A stretch of 63,005 nucleotides of DNA, the filler included, from Basidiobolus ranarum (taxonomy: Eukaryota), in NCBI GenBank assembly GCA_040143965.1. It is 43 parts of 43 records of this genome, joined end to end, with 100 filler letters (N's around TTAATTAATTAA, not from the genome) between each part and the next. Parts side by side here need not be neighbours in the genome. Positions count along the whole stretch, not along the records: positions 25,024 to 26,391 come from JASJQH010005391.1; positions 26,492 to 27,859 come from JASJQH010005392.1; positions 27,960 to 29,326 come from JASJQH010005393.1; positions 29,427 to 30,793 come from JASJQH010005394.1; positions 30,894 to 32,260 come from JASJQH010005395.1; positions 32,361 to 33,727 come from JASJQH010005396.1; positions 33,828 to 35,193 come from JASJQH010005397.1; positions 35,294 to 36,659 come from JASJQH010005398.1; 35 more parts are not named here. The stretch is one strand, 5' to 3'. The position numbers and the translations under genes were made by a program. The notes below the pieces were generated by a model that was given only the letters and a program-made list of their open reading frames with translations, was not told where the DNA came from and made no database searches. Below are positions 25,024-36,759 of this stretch, one piece after another. Each line of letters starts with the position of its first letter. Positions within the stretch are counted from its first letter, which is position 1.

Positions 25024-26391
25024 GTTTCTTACTAATCCAGCTTATTGGTCTACCACCTAGTGAAAACACATATCCAATTCTGGATTCATGGTCTTCTGTA
25101 TTGTTTGCCCAGTCTATATTGGAGTATCTTTCCAAAATGAGTGACATGCTATATTACTTACCAAATGGGATTCCATAATGTCTGGTTCCTTTCAGATAGC
25201 ATATTAACTGTTTCACAGCTATCCAATGCTCCATTGAAGGACTTTCCATGTATTTGCTGATAGCTATACCAATATCAGGTATAGTACCAGTTGTTGCATA
25301 TATGAGACTTCCAACTGCACTACAGTGAGAAGTATGTTTCATGATTTCAATATCTTCAGAGATTTTTGGTTCCATATCTGTAGTAATTTCAGCATACATA
25401 GTGGATTTGTAGCTGTTTTACATTCTGACATATTGCATCTGTTTGAAACATCTCCAATATATTTTTCCTGCCTACTACACAGTATTCCAATATTGGAATT
25501 TTGCGGTATCTATATTCCAAAACAATATACTAGTGATCCAAGATCTTGCATTGCAAGGTTGATAGATAGCCAGGTCTTAGTTTCTTTCATCAGCTATGAA
25601 CAATTACTAATGATTACTGACTGCCTGAATTTTTTGATTGATTGCTAACTTATTACAATTGCTCCCATATTTCTAGTAATTGATTGTATTCAATATCAGC
25701 CAAGTTAAGAGTAGGATATTTCTTAGGCAAATCATTGGTCAAAAAATCATCATCTTGCTTCTGAGCCCAACTTCCTGATTCTTGATTGGATGGAAAAATA
25801 TCCTTTTTCTGATTTTCATATTTTCAATTGGCAGGGATAACATGCTGATTTCCAGAAGCTGATTCTCAACTATCAGTATCTTCAGAGTAACTAGCAGGTT
25901 TCCCGGTGTAACTTGGTGTATTTCCAGTATTTTCCAATGTTTCACAACTTGTATAACTGCTTGATTCCCAATTATGATAAAATAGTTTGTTCTCCCAGGT
26001 TGCAGTATTTATAGTGAAGTTTGAGACTAGACTATTGCTTGTTGGTGTTCTGCTAGGAATATTCATCACAGGGATTGTTAATGATTTGAGCTTTGCCATA
26101 TATTTGTTGGTGGCTTATGTTTCAGAGCTTGTCCTAGATATGATACTTTCTAAGTGTGGATAATGTTGATGGATAGTTTCAGATTCCAAATTTGGCATAA
26201 TTCCAGTGTCTGTTTCCAAAACATAAATTTCCAAGTTGGTTTTGGTACTCATTAGCTGAAGATTGGCTTCAGAACTTGTTAACTTAGAATTTGAGCCATT
26301 GAGAAATAGAATTTCAGCCAATATCAAACTGCCTCATATAGATGATATGAGATTTTGTTCAATGAATATAGTGTCTCTGGAGTTGATGATT
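25024..26391 (-). mobile_element. Highly degenerate Ty1/copia pol (post-integrase linker and RT)
   Basis: SAVGSLIYATTGTIPDI, PSMEHWIAVKQLICYLKGT, YSNIDWAN, DLGSLVYCFGI. Confidence 0.8.
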
Positions 26392-26601
26392 NNNNNNNNN
26401 NNNNNNNNNNNNNNNNNNNNNNNNNNNNNNNNNNNTTAATTAATTAANNNNNNNNNNNNNNNNNNNNNNNNNNNNNNNNNNNNNNNNNNNNCTTTGGTTG
26501 AAACTTGGTTTGCTTGCTCTGACTTCTCCTCTTTGTTGTAACTTCTTGATTTGCAAACTTTTAAGTGGTGACAAACATGATAAAGACAATAAACTTCAAC
26601 A

Positions 26602-26944
26602 GATATGAGTTAAACCTTGGGTATGAAGAACTACATAAAAATATTCAGGAGAATATATCAAAGAAGCTAGGGACTTTGAAGGTGACAAATGAGCACTCAA
26701 GTGTTAATGGGTAAAATTTGAGTTACATTTTTTGTTCATATGTAGATCCATAGCTTTCTGAGATTGTAGCTAATAAAGTGCAACTATTTTGCAAGATCTC
26801 AAAATTTCACTGCTGAAACTGAACAAATTGAGCAAAATCAAATTTAACTTGAAAATTGTACAATTGTAAGTAAATGGTCAATCCAAAATGTGTTAGACTT
26901 TTGATGGTCTTCTTACAATTACAATCCTCTGATTCCTTTTAGGG
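26602..26944 (-). mobile_element. CMC-like subterminal region and terminus
   Basis: Aligns with 3255-3601 and ends ...TTTTAGGG. Confidence 0.65.
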
Positions 26945-27194
26945 ATAGTAGTAAAGTAAATCAATAATTTCAAATATTCCAGAATTTGTGTAATAAGACA
27001 TCATATATAGGTGGGGGTAATAAGACATACTTTTTAAGTAGATATAGAGATATTCCTATGGAGAGCATGGGGGCTATTGATATTTTGCTTTCTGTTTCTG
27101 AAATATTTATCATAACTGTTGTTCACTAAGAGGTTGAATAAAGATTAATTATCTGATACCTTCACTTAATTTGAATTCAGCATTGTTCTTGGAT

Positions 27195-27859
27195 TCACTG
27201 ATGCCTCTGCTTGTGTTTAATATTTAAAATGTGGAGTTTTGAGTGTGTTTTTGTTAGTATAGTGGCAAGTATTTTTTTAGTTTTACAAAAAATAAAGTTC
27301 ACTGTTTTGTCTTGAACTCTCTCTTGTATAAAATGATGTCTTACATCAATATGCTGTTGTTGTGATATCCTAATAGGATACATTTAATGCCTTTTTGTCC
27401 AATTTCCTATGCTGAGGTTTAAGAATATGAGCATGTACTATTGATCCAAAATTTCCAAGGTGATTCAGATTAGGCTTGCTTCCAGTCCAGATTTCAATAG
27501 GAGTTTTAGAGTCATGGTTGCTATGTGCTGGACTTATATTTTGGAGATATGTAGCTGTTAAAATAGCTTCACCCAGTAGGTCTTAGGCAGATCTGAATCA
27601 ATCAGCATTGTATGTGCTTTTTCTACTAAAGTCCTATTCATCCTTTCTGCAACTCCATTTGATTCTGCACTTAATTGAATAGTAAATTGCGGCTGAATTC
27701 CCTTTTCTTGACAAAAGATAGCCATGGCTTCATTGCTAAATTCAGTTCCATTATCACTGCATAGGTATTTGATTTTTCTTCCAGTTATGGTTAAGACCAT
27801 TGCTTCATATATCTTGAAATATTGAAACACTTCTCCTTTGCTCAACAGAAGATATAAAA
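27195..27859 (-). mobile_element. Ty1/copia integrase core joined to RNase H end (internally deleted, degenerate)
   Basis: IKYLCSDNGTEF, SNGVAERMNRTLVEKA; HIDVRHHFIQE. Confidence 0.85.
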
Positions 27860-27959
27860 NNNNNNNNNNNNNNNNNNNNNNNNNNNNNNNNNNNNNNNNN
27901 NNNTTAATTAATTAANNNNNNNNNNNNNNNNNNNNNNNNNNNNNNNNNNNNNNNNNNNN

Positions 27960-29326
27960 CTAATAACCAAGGTCAACATATAGTGGCATGTCATCAAAGC
28001 TGTCTGGCCTTACTGGTTCAACCAAAGTTGCATTTCTACCAGCATTGTTCTGGTCATATAACTGGGTAACTCCATGGTATCTTGACTTTTGGCAGTGTTA
28101 CCAAAGCTTTGAGACAGAGTACAGCCAGTGTACTCGGTGGGCAAAACTAAAGTTGATTTGGTGAGCTTATTACTGTAGAGATTCAGCAGGGTTTGTGCAG
28201 CGGGGGGCTTTGTACAGTGACCATGCTTGTGATTATTTTTACTATGAAGCCTCCAGCTTTCATAGCACAAGAATTTGTGACAATAATAGCAGGGCATTTC
28301 AAATGTTTGTGTTGTGGCATGAGAAGGATATTGTGGAAAAAAAACACCTTGTGCATAAAGGTTGTATTTTAGGTGTAGACCATCTATATCATCCACTGAT
28401 TCTGAGATGGTGTCACAGATGAGTCATCAGGGGATTTACAAAATATTTCCAGTAATGGATGGCAATTTTGGTTTAGTATAAGCTGTTTCTAAGCAATTTC
28501 AGTACACCATGTTTTCCATCTGAAAATTCTCAATATCATTCAAAAAGCATTCAAAATCTAACTCAAAATTGGCTATGCACTTGGGAGAGCATTACCATGC
28601 GGGAAACTAACTTGAGTAGTGATGAAGCATTAATCAATATACTAGATGTGTTCCTTTCCAGCAATAGTGCAAGTGAAGAGATTGTAATCCCATAATTATG
28701 TAATAAATCACTAGTTGAGCAAAGTTCATCCAAAACACTGTTGACACCTTTAACTTTCAAAATGGCTACTTTGCCCACTATTGAGCAGTCCCCTGGACAA
28801 AGTTTGGATACAATTATCACAACAAGGGAATTGCAGGCAGAACACCATGATGATTTTGATGCAGTCATAAGTAAAAACTATGAAATTGCTACACAGGCCA
28901 TGACAAGTGATAACACCACAATATTTCAATTAATGCAGCATTTGGAAGCAACTAGTTAACAGTTCAAGAGTCACTCAACAATGATACAAGACCTTCAGAA
29001 TGCTGTACTTGAGCTACAGCAATAGGCTGCTCCCTCCACTCATTCTCATACAGGCTTTCAGTCAATCCCACACCATACATATATTTGTCACCATGACAAT
29101 CTAGCAGAGCAGAATATGTGTGGGACCATTAAGCCTGTATGCAATCATCAACTTCAAAAAGAAAGGAAAGCAGCTAAAGAAGTACTCAAGGAGCAGGCAG
29201 TTAGTAAACACAAGGGAAAAGCAAAGGAGCCAGTGAGTGTAGGCTCTAATGTCCCACTTACCACATTCTTCACACCAATATGAAGATCTGCATTTTTGGA
29301 GTCAGATATAATGGCAAACAAAGTAC
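27960..29326. mobile_element. CMC-like transposon centre, copy 3
   Basis: Colinear with 18015-19045 and 21100-21690, with internal deletions. Confidence 0.75.
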
Positions 29327-29426
29327 NNNNNNNNNNNNNNNNNNNNNNNNNNNNNNNNNNNNNNNNNNNNTTAATTAATTAANNNNNNNNNNNNNNNNNN
29401 NNNNNNNNNNNNNNNNNNNNNNNNNN

Positions 29427-30261
29427 GAATAATAGGTTTAAGTGCTTCTAGATCATCTGTGGCTATGGCCAAGTGATCCACAACATAGTGCTAAGATAAG
29501 TATCCTATTTCCGGTTGTGTTAATGTAAGTATTGTGATCTGCAGTGCAGATTTGGAATTCCAGTGACTCCAATTAGTATCTACCTTGTTGTACCATGCCC
29601 TGTTGTGCTTGGTTGAGTCCATATAGCATCTTTTGCCATTTACTGACTATATCAGGGTGTTTTGGGTCAACATATCCTTCTGGTTGCTCCATATAGATCT
29701 CTTCTTCCAGATTTCCTTCCAGAAAGGTGTTTTTACATCCATTTGATGTAAGTCAAGGTTAGCAATGGCGGAGAGTGCCAGACTCAATCTAATGGAGCTT
29801 AACCTATCTACAGAAGCAAAAGTTTCATTGAAATCAATGCCCAGAGTCTGGAAACAGCCTGTTGCAACTAATCTTGTTTTCAACCATTCCATAGTTAAAT
29901 CAGCTGGTGTGTTTTCATCAAAAATCGCATCTCTGGACTTGATTGACTTCTAAATCTTTTATCAAGCCATATAGGCCTTAGATCCATTGCAGTAACCAAA
30001 AAGAATGCATTTTCTGCTTGTGGGTTCTAATTTAGAGTGTTTTTGAGCTGGAATAAGTAAGTATGCTGTGTGACCAAAGATCCTGAGATGATCCACAGTT
30101 ATATTTGATCCATATAGGGCTTCAGATGGAGTAAAATCTTACGGCAATCATGTTGGGCATCTGTTGCGGATATAGACTGTGAAGGAGACTGATTCAGCCC
30201 AATATTGGTAATATAACTTTTGATCATGTAATATTGATCTTGCCATCATCATTACAGTCTT
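29427..30261 (-). mobile_element. Ty1/copia integrase end and RT, degenerate
   Basis: [36 protein letters not shown]. Similar to 36760-38125. Confidence 0.9.
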
Positions 30262-31189
30262 GCCTGACAGAAATTTGAGGATTGTAATTGTAGGAAAACC
30301 ATCACAATTTTAATCTATTTGGGATTGACCATTTACTTACCATCATAAAATCATCAAGTTAGATTTGATTGTAATCAATTTTTTGAGTGTCAGGAGTGGA
30401 ATTTCTAGATCTTGCAAAATAGTAGCACATGATTGGCTACAATCTCAAAGAACTACGGATCCAGACATGTGCAAAAAACATAATGCAAGGAACTTTTTCA
30501 AATCCTGGGATAAATCACTACTAGTGCATCCTTGTTCAAGACCCTGCTGGCTGAGTTTACAGTTGTTTTTGATTTGATATACCCTTTTCATTGGATCATT
30601 CTCAAAGGACATCAAAGTCAGTAAATTGTTTTGTCAGGCACCAGCATATTATTCAACAGAAAGCTGGACATTGCATTGTGGTTTATCAGTCCTTAGACAT
30701 ATCTAGAGGCTTGATTCCTTTTCACCAAGACCCAAGAGGCAAGAGACATACCCATATTACAGTACATCCCAGAGTTATTCAGCTGTGGTTATTNNNNNNN
30801 NNNNNNNNNNNNNNNNNNNNNNNNNNNNNNNNNNNNNTTAATTAATTAANNNNNNNNNNNNNNNNNNNNNNNNNNNNNNNNNNNNNNNNNNNNAATCTTG
30901 ATTAATTCTCAATACATCCATACTCAAAGATATCCATTGAGAGCTCTAGACTTAAGACACTATGAATAAAGCTTTCATCATCTTTTGAATGTGCAATAAT
31001 GTCTGAAAGTACTTTTTGTAAATATACCACAAAAGTAAAATAAACTGTTTCCAAAACAGTAAATAACATTGTGCCCAATAATGCCCAATCATGCCAGTTT
31101 GTGCTGCCACACTTTTTAGCTGGCCTGATCTGGCTCAATAAAATGGAACAAGTCTAATATCTTAATCAAAGCCCACCATTGTATTAACT

Positions 31190-31995
31190 TTACTGAATCT
31201 ACATTCTTCCTGCTATCTGGTAGATACCCAGCAATATTGTGCCATGCTGTATTAAGTTCTTGCCAGATATCTGCACTGTCAACACCAATCTTAATGTCAA
31301 GTTGAATGATCTTCTTCTGAAGCCACCTTCTGCATACTTGCACTGCATTTCTCCCTGCATACTTTTGAAAATACTCCTCAAGCACTTTTACTATTTCCAT
31401 ATATCCTTGCAGTGCGACACTACTGAGGGTGCTTTGTGGTGTTTGTGTGGCTTTTTTCTTGCCTTCACATTTGGGGTTAATTACAACACTTTGAAAAGTA
31501 CCAGTTGAGATTTGCTGGTGTTTTGGCTTGTTGCAAGGTGCCAGGTGTTGGATAAACTTACAAATTTGGCACTCTTTCAACTTGTGTATCTGGTTCCATG
31601 GCAAGATCAAGCTTGTTTGCTAGTATATATGACTCTGGAAATGCAGCTCTTCATAATGATGTGAAGCATTTAGTAAGTGGGACAGTAGAGCCTAAACTCA
31701 CTGGCTTCTTTGCTTTTCCCTTGGGTTACTAACTTCCTGCTCATTGAATACTTCTGTAGCTGCTTTCCTTTCCTTTTCTTCCTTTCCAAGTTAATAATAG
31801 TATATATTTTTGAGATGTTTCATGAATAGGCCTATACTTACCCTATTGTCATTTGCTTGCTAAAACCCAGGATAAGTAACATGAAATAAGTCAAGAACCT
31901 TCAGAGTAATGCCTGGTTGTTGGTTTTTCCTCAATTGGCTCAAATCCAGGTGATTTTGGGCAAGATTTCATGTGGTTTCCAAAATGTTAAAGCAC
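31190..31995. mobile_element. CMC-like element segment linking the subterminal region to the 3' end of ORF2
   Basis: 31200-31450 matches the subterminal repeat. 31620-31995 is the reverse complement of 16735-17090. Confidence 0.7.
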
Positions 31996-32362
31996 TCTGA
32001 TAAAAGTGTTTAGGGGATTTCGAAGTGTTTTGAACAAGTTTGGGATTTGTGAATTAGACACTTAAGTTTTATCGAATTGAATATGTCCTATTTATAGTTT
32101 ACTATGAAATAGGACTATTGGATGTGCTTAGATCATAACAAACATGCCTGTTAAGCATGGGTGAAAGTTTGAGGGGATTTGGAGAAGTTTTGAGAAAATA
32201 GTGAAAATTGGTAAAAGTGATCTAATTGATATTTCTATCAATTAGAGCAATAAACACACANNNNNNNNNNNNNNNNNNNNNNNNNNNNNNNNNNNNNNNN
32301 NNNNTTAATTAATTAANNNNNNNNNNNNNNNNNNNNNNNNNNNNNNNNNNNNNNNNNNNNTA

Positions 32363-32737
32363 GCAGCTGGTAATGAGAGTCAAGATGCTTGTAATGTATC
32401 ACCGGCCAATGCTGCAGGTGCTTATACTGTGGCTGCCACTACAATCTCTGATACCGCAGCTAGCTTCACCAACTACGGCGAATGTGTCAATATTGCTGCC
32501 CCCGGGCAAGATATCACCTCTGCATGGATTGGAGGCACCGCTGCCACTAAAAAAATCTCTGGGACTAGTATGGCTAGCCCTCATGTTGCTGGAGTTGCTG
32601 CTCTCTATTTGGCACAAGAAGGATTTAACTCTCCGCAGGCCGTGTATAACGCTCTTTCAGCTAGAGCTACCAAAAATGTTGTTACTGGATTGAGAGGTAA
32701 TACTCCCAATCTTATGGTTTACAACTCCAACCAATAA
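32363..32737 (+). CDS. Subtilisin-like serine protease (S8A, proteinase K type), C-terminal fragment
   Basis: AAGNESQDAC (oxyanion Asn), FTNYG, IAAPG, ISGTSMASPHVAG (catalytic Ser), stop at 32737. Confidence 0.97.
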   Translation, partial: AAGNESQDACNVSPANAAGAYTVAATTISDTAASFTNYGECVNIAAPGQDITSAWIGGTAATKKISGTSMASPHVAGVAALYLAQEGFNSPQAVYNALSARATKNVVTGLRGNTPNLMVYNSNQ

Positions 32738-33827
32738 GTATCGTATTGTCAAAGATAGCCACAACGTTGCTGTTATCAAGGGCAATAAATCTGTCAACTA
32801 TGTAATAGTCGGAAATTCATCAACTTGGTCAATTATGAATTATATGATAACAATTTTAACATCAATAATATGATGAAGCTCAGAGAAAATTGCCATAGTA
32901 ACTTTGACTATATTATGAAATGGGCCAATCACATATAAACAAGTAAAGTGCAGCGTTTCACATAGAGGTCAATCTAGGCAGTGCCATACATGGCATATAT
33001 TTGAAGAAATATCTCCTTCTGCAAACATCTTATTTTCAAAAAAAATAAATCAATTGCCACTAACGCTCTCTTATCATAAGTCAAAGTATCCATCAGGTAG
33101 GTACTACTTTTAATATGAATATCAATCAGATTCTTGTCGCTAATATTAATTTGTGAATAGTTAGAGTGATGAGCATGTACCAAGCAACACAATCTTTGTT
33201 TGAATAAAGAACAGTCTTTAACAAAGAAACTATCAGGGGCTGTATAATATCCTACACATAATAATTAGTTCTTGGTTTTGGATATAGATGTTGTGGTAAG
33301 GGTTAGGAGCAAGATAGTCACCAACAGGTGAAATCTTTATTTCAAACAAAACAAAGATGCTATAACTACTTTTGTAGCTTCCTAATTAAAGTATGAAGAT
33401 CTATTGGTATGAATGTTAAAAAGTAGAAACATTAAGTCAGTAGAGTTAGGGTTAGGGAGATGAAAAGCACCACAATGTGTTATCTTAATTTATCTCAAGT
33501 TAGACTTAGGGGGGATGAAAAGCACCAGATGGTGTGGACTTTATTTAGCTTAAATACTAATCTAAACAAAGTGGCAATCAAGACATCAATCTTTTAAGAT
33601 ATTGTGACAATACTGGATCATATCCATACTTAACCTGATGACCAATGTAATCAAGCTCATAGGATGTAAATATAGTGTTAAGGGGCAAAGGTGGTAAGCA
33701 GAAAGGAAGGTACTCAGTGCAAACCAGNNNNNNNNNNNNNNNNNNNNNNNNNNNNNNNNNNNNNNNNNNNNTTAATTAATTAANNNNNNNNNNNNNNNNN
33801 NNNNNNNNNNNNNNNNNNNNNNNNNNN

Positions 33828-34150
33828 TATATTGTGTCTAAAACCGCGAATGTTTGACCAGCATCATACGAGATTGCAAATTGACAATGACCTCCACTAT
33901 GAGTAGCTACTCCACTAAGTTTAACGCTTACTGACCCGCCAGCCTTAACGGTTTGAACAATTCCACCTTGCTCATACCCTTTGCATGGGAATACACCTAG
34001 TGGATCCACCATGTTATAGTCAGGAACACCAGGAAAGGTTGGGTTATACTTAGAGTGGCGTGGAGGCGGTTGAACCATTTCCATATGAGCGACGGTCAAC
34101 GCCGCAAAGCTTAAAAGAACTGTAGCTGATTGGAAATAATTCAAGAACAT
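33828..34150 (-). CDS. Secreted AA11-like lytic polysaccharide monooxygenase, N-terminal fragment
   Basis: Signal peptide ending LTVA, then mature N-terminal His (HMEMVQPPPR), FPCKG, and ATHSGGHCQFAISYD (second His of the histidine brace). Confidence 0.85.
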
Positions 34151-35293
34151 TGCTAGCAAATTAAGGAACTGTACTGAAGTTTAAACCTTGGAGTCTGATT
34201 TTTATACCCAACTCGAGGAATCAATTGCCTAAAGCTCTCGACAAAAATTAAATCATAAGGAGATTCCAAGTCCAGCACATGAACAGATTACCGGTTGGAA
34301 ACCGGTCTATACTAATCAAAATGGTCATATGAATGAAATATTAAGGAAAAAAAGTGATTATCAGGTGATGCACATGTTAGTGCCGAGTTCATAATCGCGG
34401 AATATGGTTATTAACTTACAGGAATCCCTGGGACGCTAGAGTATATCACTTCCCAAAGAGTTAGTGTGAATTTCAAGACCACCAATTTGGTATAATTGAA
34501 CCCAATATGCTTCGGAAATATTCGCTGGATTAGTATTGTTAGCAAGAAGATATTCACCATGTTAATTTGTACTAGTTCATGGTGGTGTCACATAACTTGT
34601 CTAGGTAACTGGTCCCTGATTGACGGCTCGAACTTCCGAGACCTAATCACTAACTTATTCTTGCCTTTACTCAGGGGAATTATGAACGTTCATAGCAACC
34701 TTGTTACTGAAATTGTAGGTACAGCCAATCAGTATCTCAACACATTTCGATGTCCGATACTAACATCGGATCAGAATCGTGATTCTTCACAGTTAGAGAC
34801 TATGGAGCGCAGAGGGTTGGTTCTAGTTGATAATGACAATCAGAGTTAGGGGGAAATCTGCTGAAGAATACCCTCACAAGCAGGTGGTGATGTAGGAGTG
34901 AGAAAATAAAGTCAAGACGCAGTTATAAAATACTATTTCGAGAATTTAAATTGCTCTAATCTCACTACACGAAAATTCATAATAATACTAATGGATTGAG
35001 ATATCTGTTACATCGTTACTACCTATAAACACTTTAAATCATATTGAAGTTGTGCCTATTTGGTAAATTTTATTTATTAAATAGTCCCAATGATGAACAC
35101 TACTTAACAGGCACCTAAATCAGTCCAAACACTGCTAGTATCTGGAGATTCATTCTGAGTCCACCATTTGGCTTGCCACAAATGTCCTTTATGNNNNNNN
35201 NNNNNNNNNNNNNNNNNNNNNNNNNNNNNNNNNNNNNTTAATTAATTAANNNNNNNNNNNNNNNNNNNNNNNNNNNNNNNNNNNNNNNNNNNN

Positions 35294-36110
35294 AACCACT
35301 TCCAACAGGCTCCCAAATACTTTAACAGGTTATGAGCCCCAAGCTTGCACTCTCTGTAATGTCTACTTCTCAAATTTATGGAACTTTTCCCTCTTCTGAA
35401 AAATTGGATAGAAACAATTATCACTTTCAACAACAGAAGCTGAATACATGGCTGCCTGTGAAGCAACAAAAGTAGCAATATGATTAAGAAAACTCTTAAC
35501 AGATTTAGGTTATTCTCAAAATTCACCAACTACAATATTTCAAGATAATCAAAGTCAAATCAAATTAGCTAAAAATCCCACATTTCATGATAGAAGCAAA
35601 CACATTGATATTAAGCATCACTTCATTAGAGAGACTGTAGAGAATAAGTTTATTGACTTAACTTATTGCTCTACAGAATACATGATTGCTGATATATTGA
35701 CCAAACCATTAGCTAGACAGAAATTTGTGAAATTTAGACCTTCATTAGGATTAGTTTATATGACTATTTAGTTGAGGGAGAGTGTTGAAATTAGCACTGC
35801 CTAAACACCTATATAGTCATATATAACTTGGTAATTAGTTATCTTGTAGCTCACTAAGATATTATCAATTATTCTCAATTGGAATTTACTTCGAAGTTCT
35901 CAGATATATAGATTTTTCAAACTTGTAATAGAAGCCCCAAACTTTGCACACATGTTCCTGAGACCTTTCTTAATATATTATACATGTTTTTTGTTTACAT
36001 CTTGACAAAACTATAAATCACAACTTTCTACACAATAAATCAATAAGTAAAGATGACCAATTCCTCTAATTCTCCAAACCACTTCCAACAGGCTCCCAAA
36101 TCCTTTAACA
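35294..36110 (+). mobile_element. Internally deleted copia-B element: 5' LTR end, PBS, ~22 gag codons, RNase H, PPT, 3' LTR (35783-36110)
   Basis: TAACA-GGTTATGAGCCC (35328), MSTSQIYGTFPSSEKLDRNNY, then LSTTEAEYMA...HIDIKHHFIRE, GAGGGAGAG, TGTTG...TAACA. Confidence 0.9.
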
Positions 36111-36537
36111 TTGTTGGCAGCAAAACATGTTTGGTAGATGTCTTCCAAGGCTTTCCAAATCTTCTTGGCACTTTTGGCTCTTGAACTTTGAATTGGCAAT
36201 TTGTCTTTAATATCAAGACAAATTGTGTTAAAGGCATTTTGTTCTTTTTAACCTGTAGTAAAACTTTGATTTCAGAGAGTTTTGCATTATTTTCTTCTTC
36301 TACAACAGTGTCTCAAAGTCCTTTTTCTTGCAGCAGCATTTTCATATCTATTTTCCAAACTTGATAATTGGTTCCATCCAATTTTTCAGAGGGGGGAAAA
36401 GTTCCATATATTTGAGAAGTAAACATTACATAGAGTACAAGCTTGGGATTCATAACCTGTTAAAGTATTTGGGAGCCTGTTGAAAGTGGTTTGGAGAAGC
36501 AGAGAAATTGGTGGCTTTCACTTATTGATTAATTGAG
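36111..36537 (-). mobile_element. Copia-B 5' end in the opposite orientation (LTR end 36458-36537, PBS, gag from 36426)
   Basis: Minus strand TAACA-GGTTATGAATCC, then MFTSQIYGTFSPSEKLDGTNYQVWK. Confidence 0.85.
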
Positions 36538-36572
36538 TATTCAGTTTGTTGAAATTATTTAGGGAGAAATAT

Positions 36573-36645
36573 TGGTCTGGCCAGGATTTGAACCTGGGGC
36601 CTCCTTCACTCTAGCAAGGTGCTCTAACCACTGAGCTACCAGTCC
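36573..36645 (-). mobile_element. tRNA-like sequence inside an LTR-like repeat that begins TGTTGAAAT at 36547
   Basis: GGACTGG-TAGCTCAGTGGTTAGAGC-A-CCTTG-CTAGAGT-GAAGG-AGGCC-CCAGG-TTCAAAT-CCTGG-CCAGACC-A: cloverleaf with A/B boxes and mismatched stems. Near-identical copy with shared flanks at 58492-58604. Confidence 0.75.
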
Positions 36646-36759
36646 TTGTATGCTATGCCNNNNNNNNNNNNNNNNNNNNNNNNNNNNNNNNNNNNNNNNN
36701 NNNTTAATTAATTAANNNNNNNNNNNNNNNNNNNNNNNNNNNNNNNNNNNNNNNNNNNN

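Noticed and set aside
30481-30793. QQGLEQGCTSSDL as a non-LTR or Penelope RT motif
   Set aside because: The single weak motif has no YxDD or other RT motifs nearby, and the region is degenerate.
30894-31140. Possible second CACTA-type transposase fragment (NWHDW...LELSMDIFE)
   Set aside because: Resemblance is too weak to call without a profile search.
22535-34150. Apparent cuticle-degradation cluster (CBM18, subtilisin, AA11)
   Set aside because: The genes are on separate contigs that are neighbours only because of similar length; no linkage can be inferred.
36573-36645. Functional tRNA-Ser(AGA) or suppressor tRNA
   Set aside because: Mismatched stems, no long variable arm, decayed B box, and flanks shared with a second copy indicate a mobile-element cassette.
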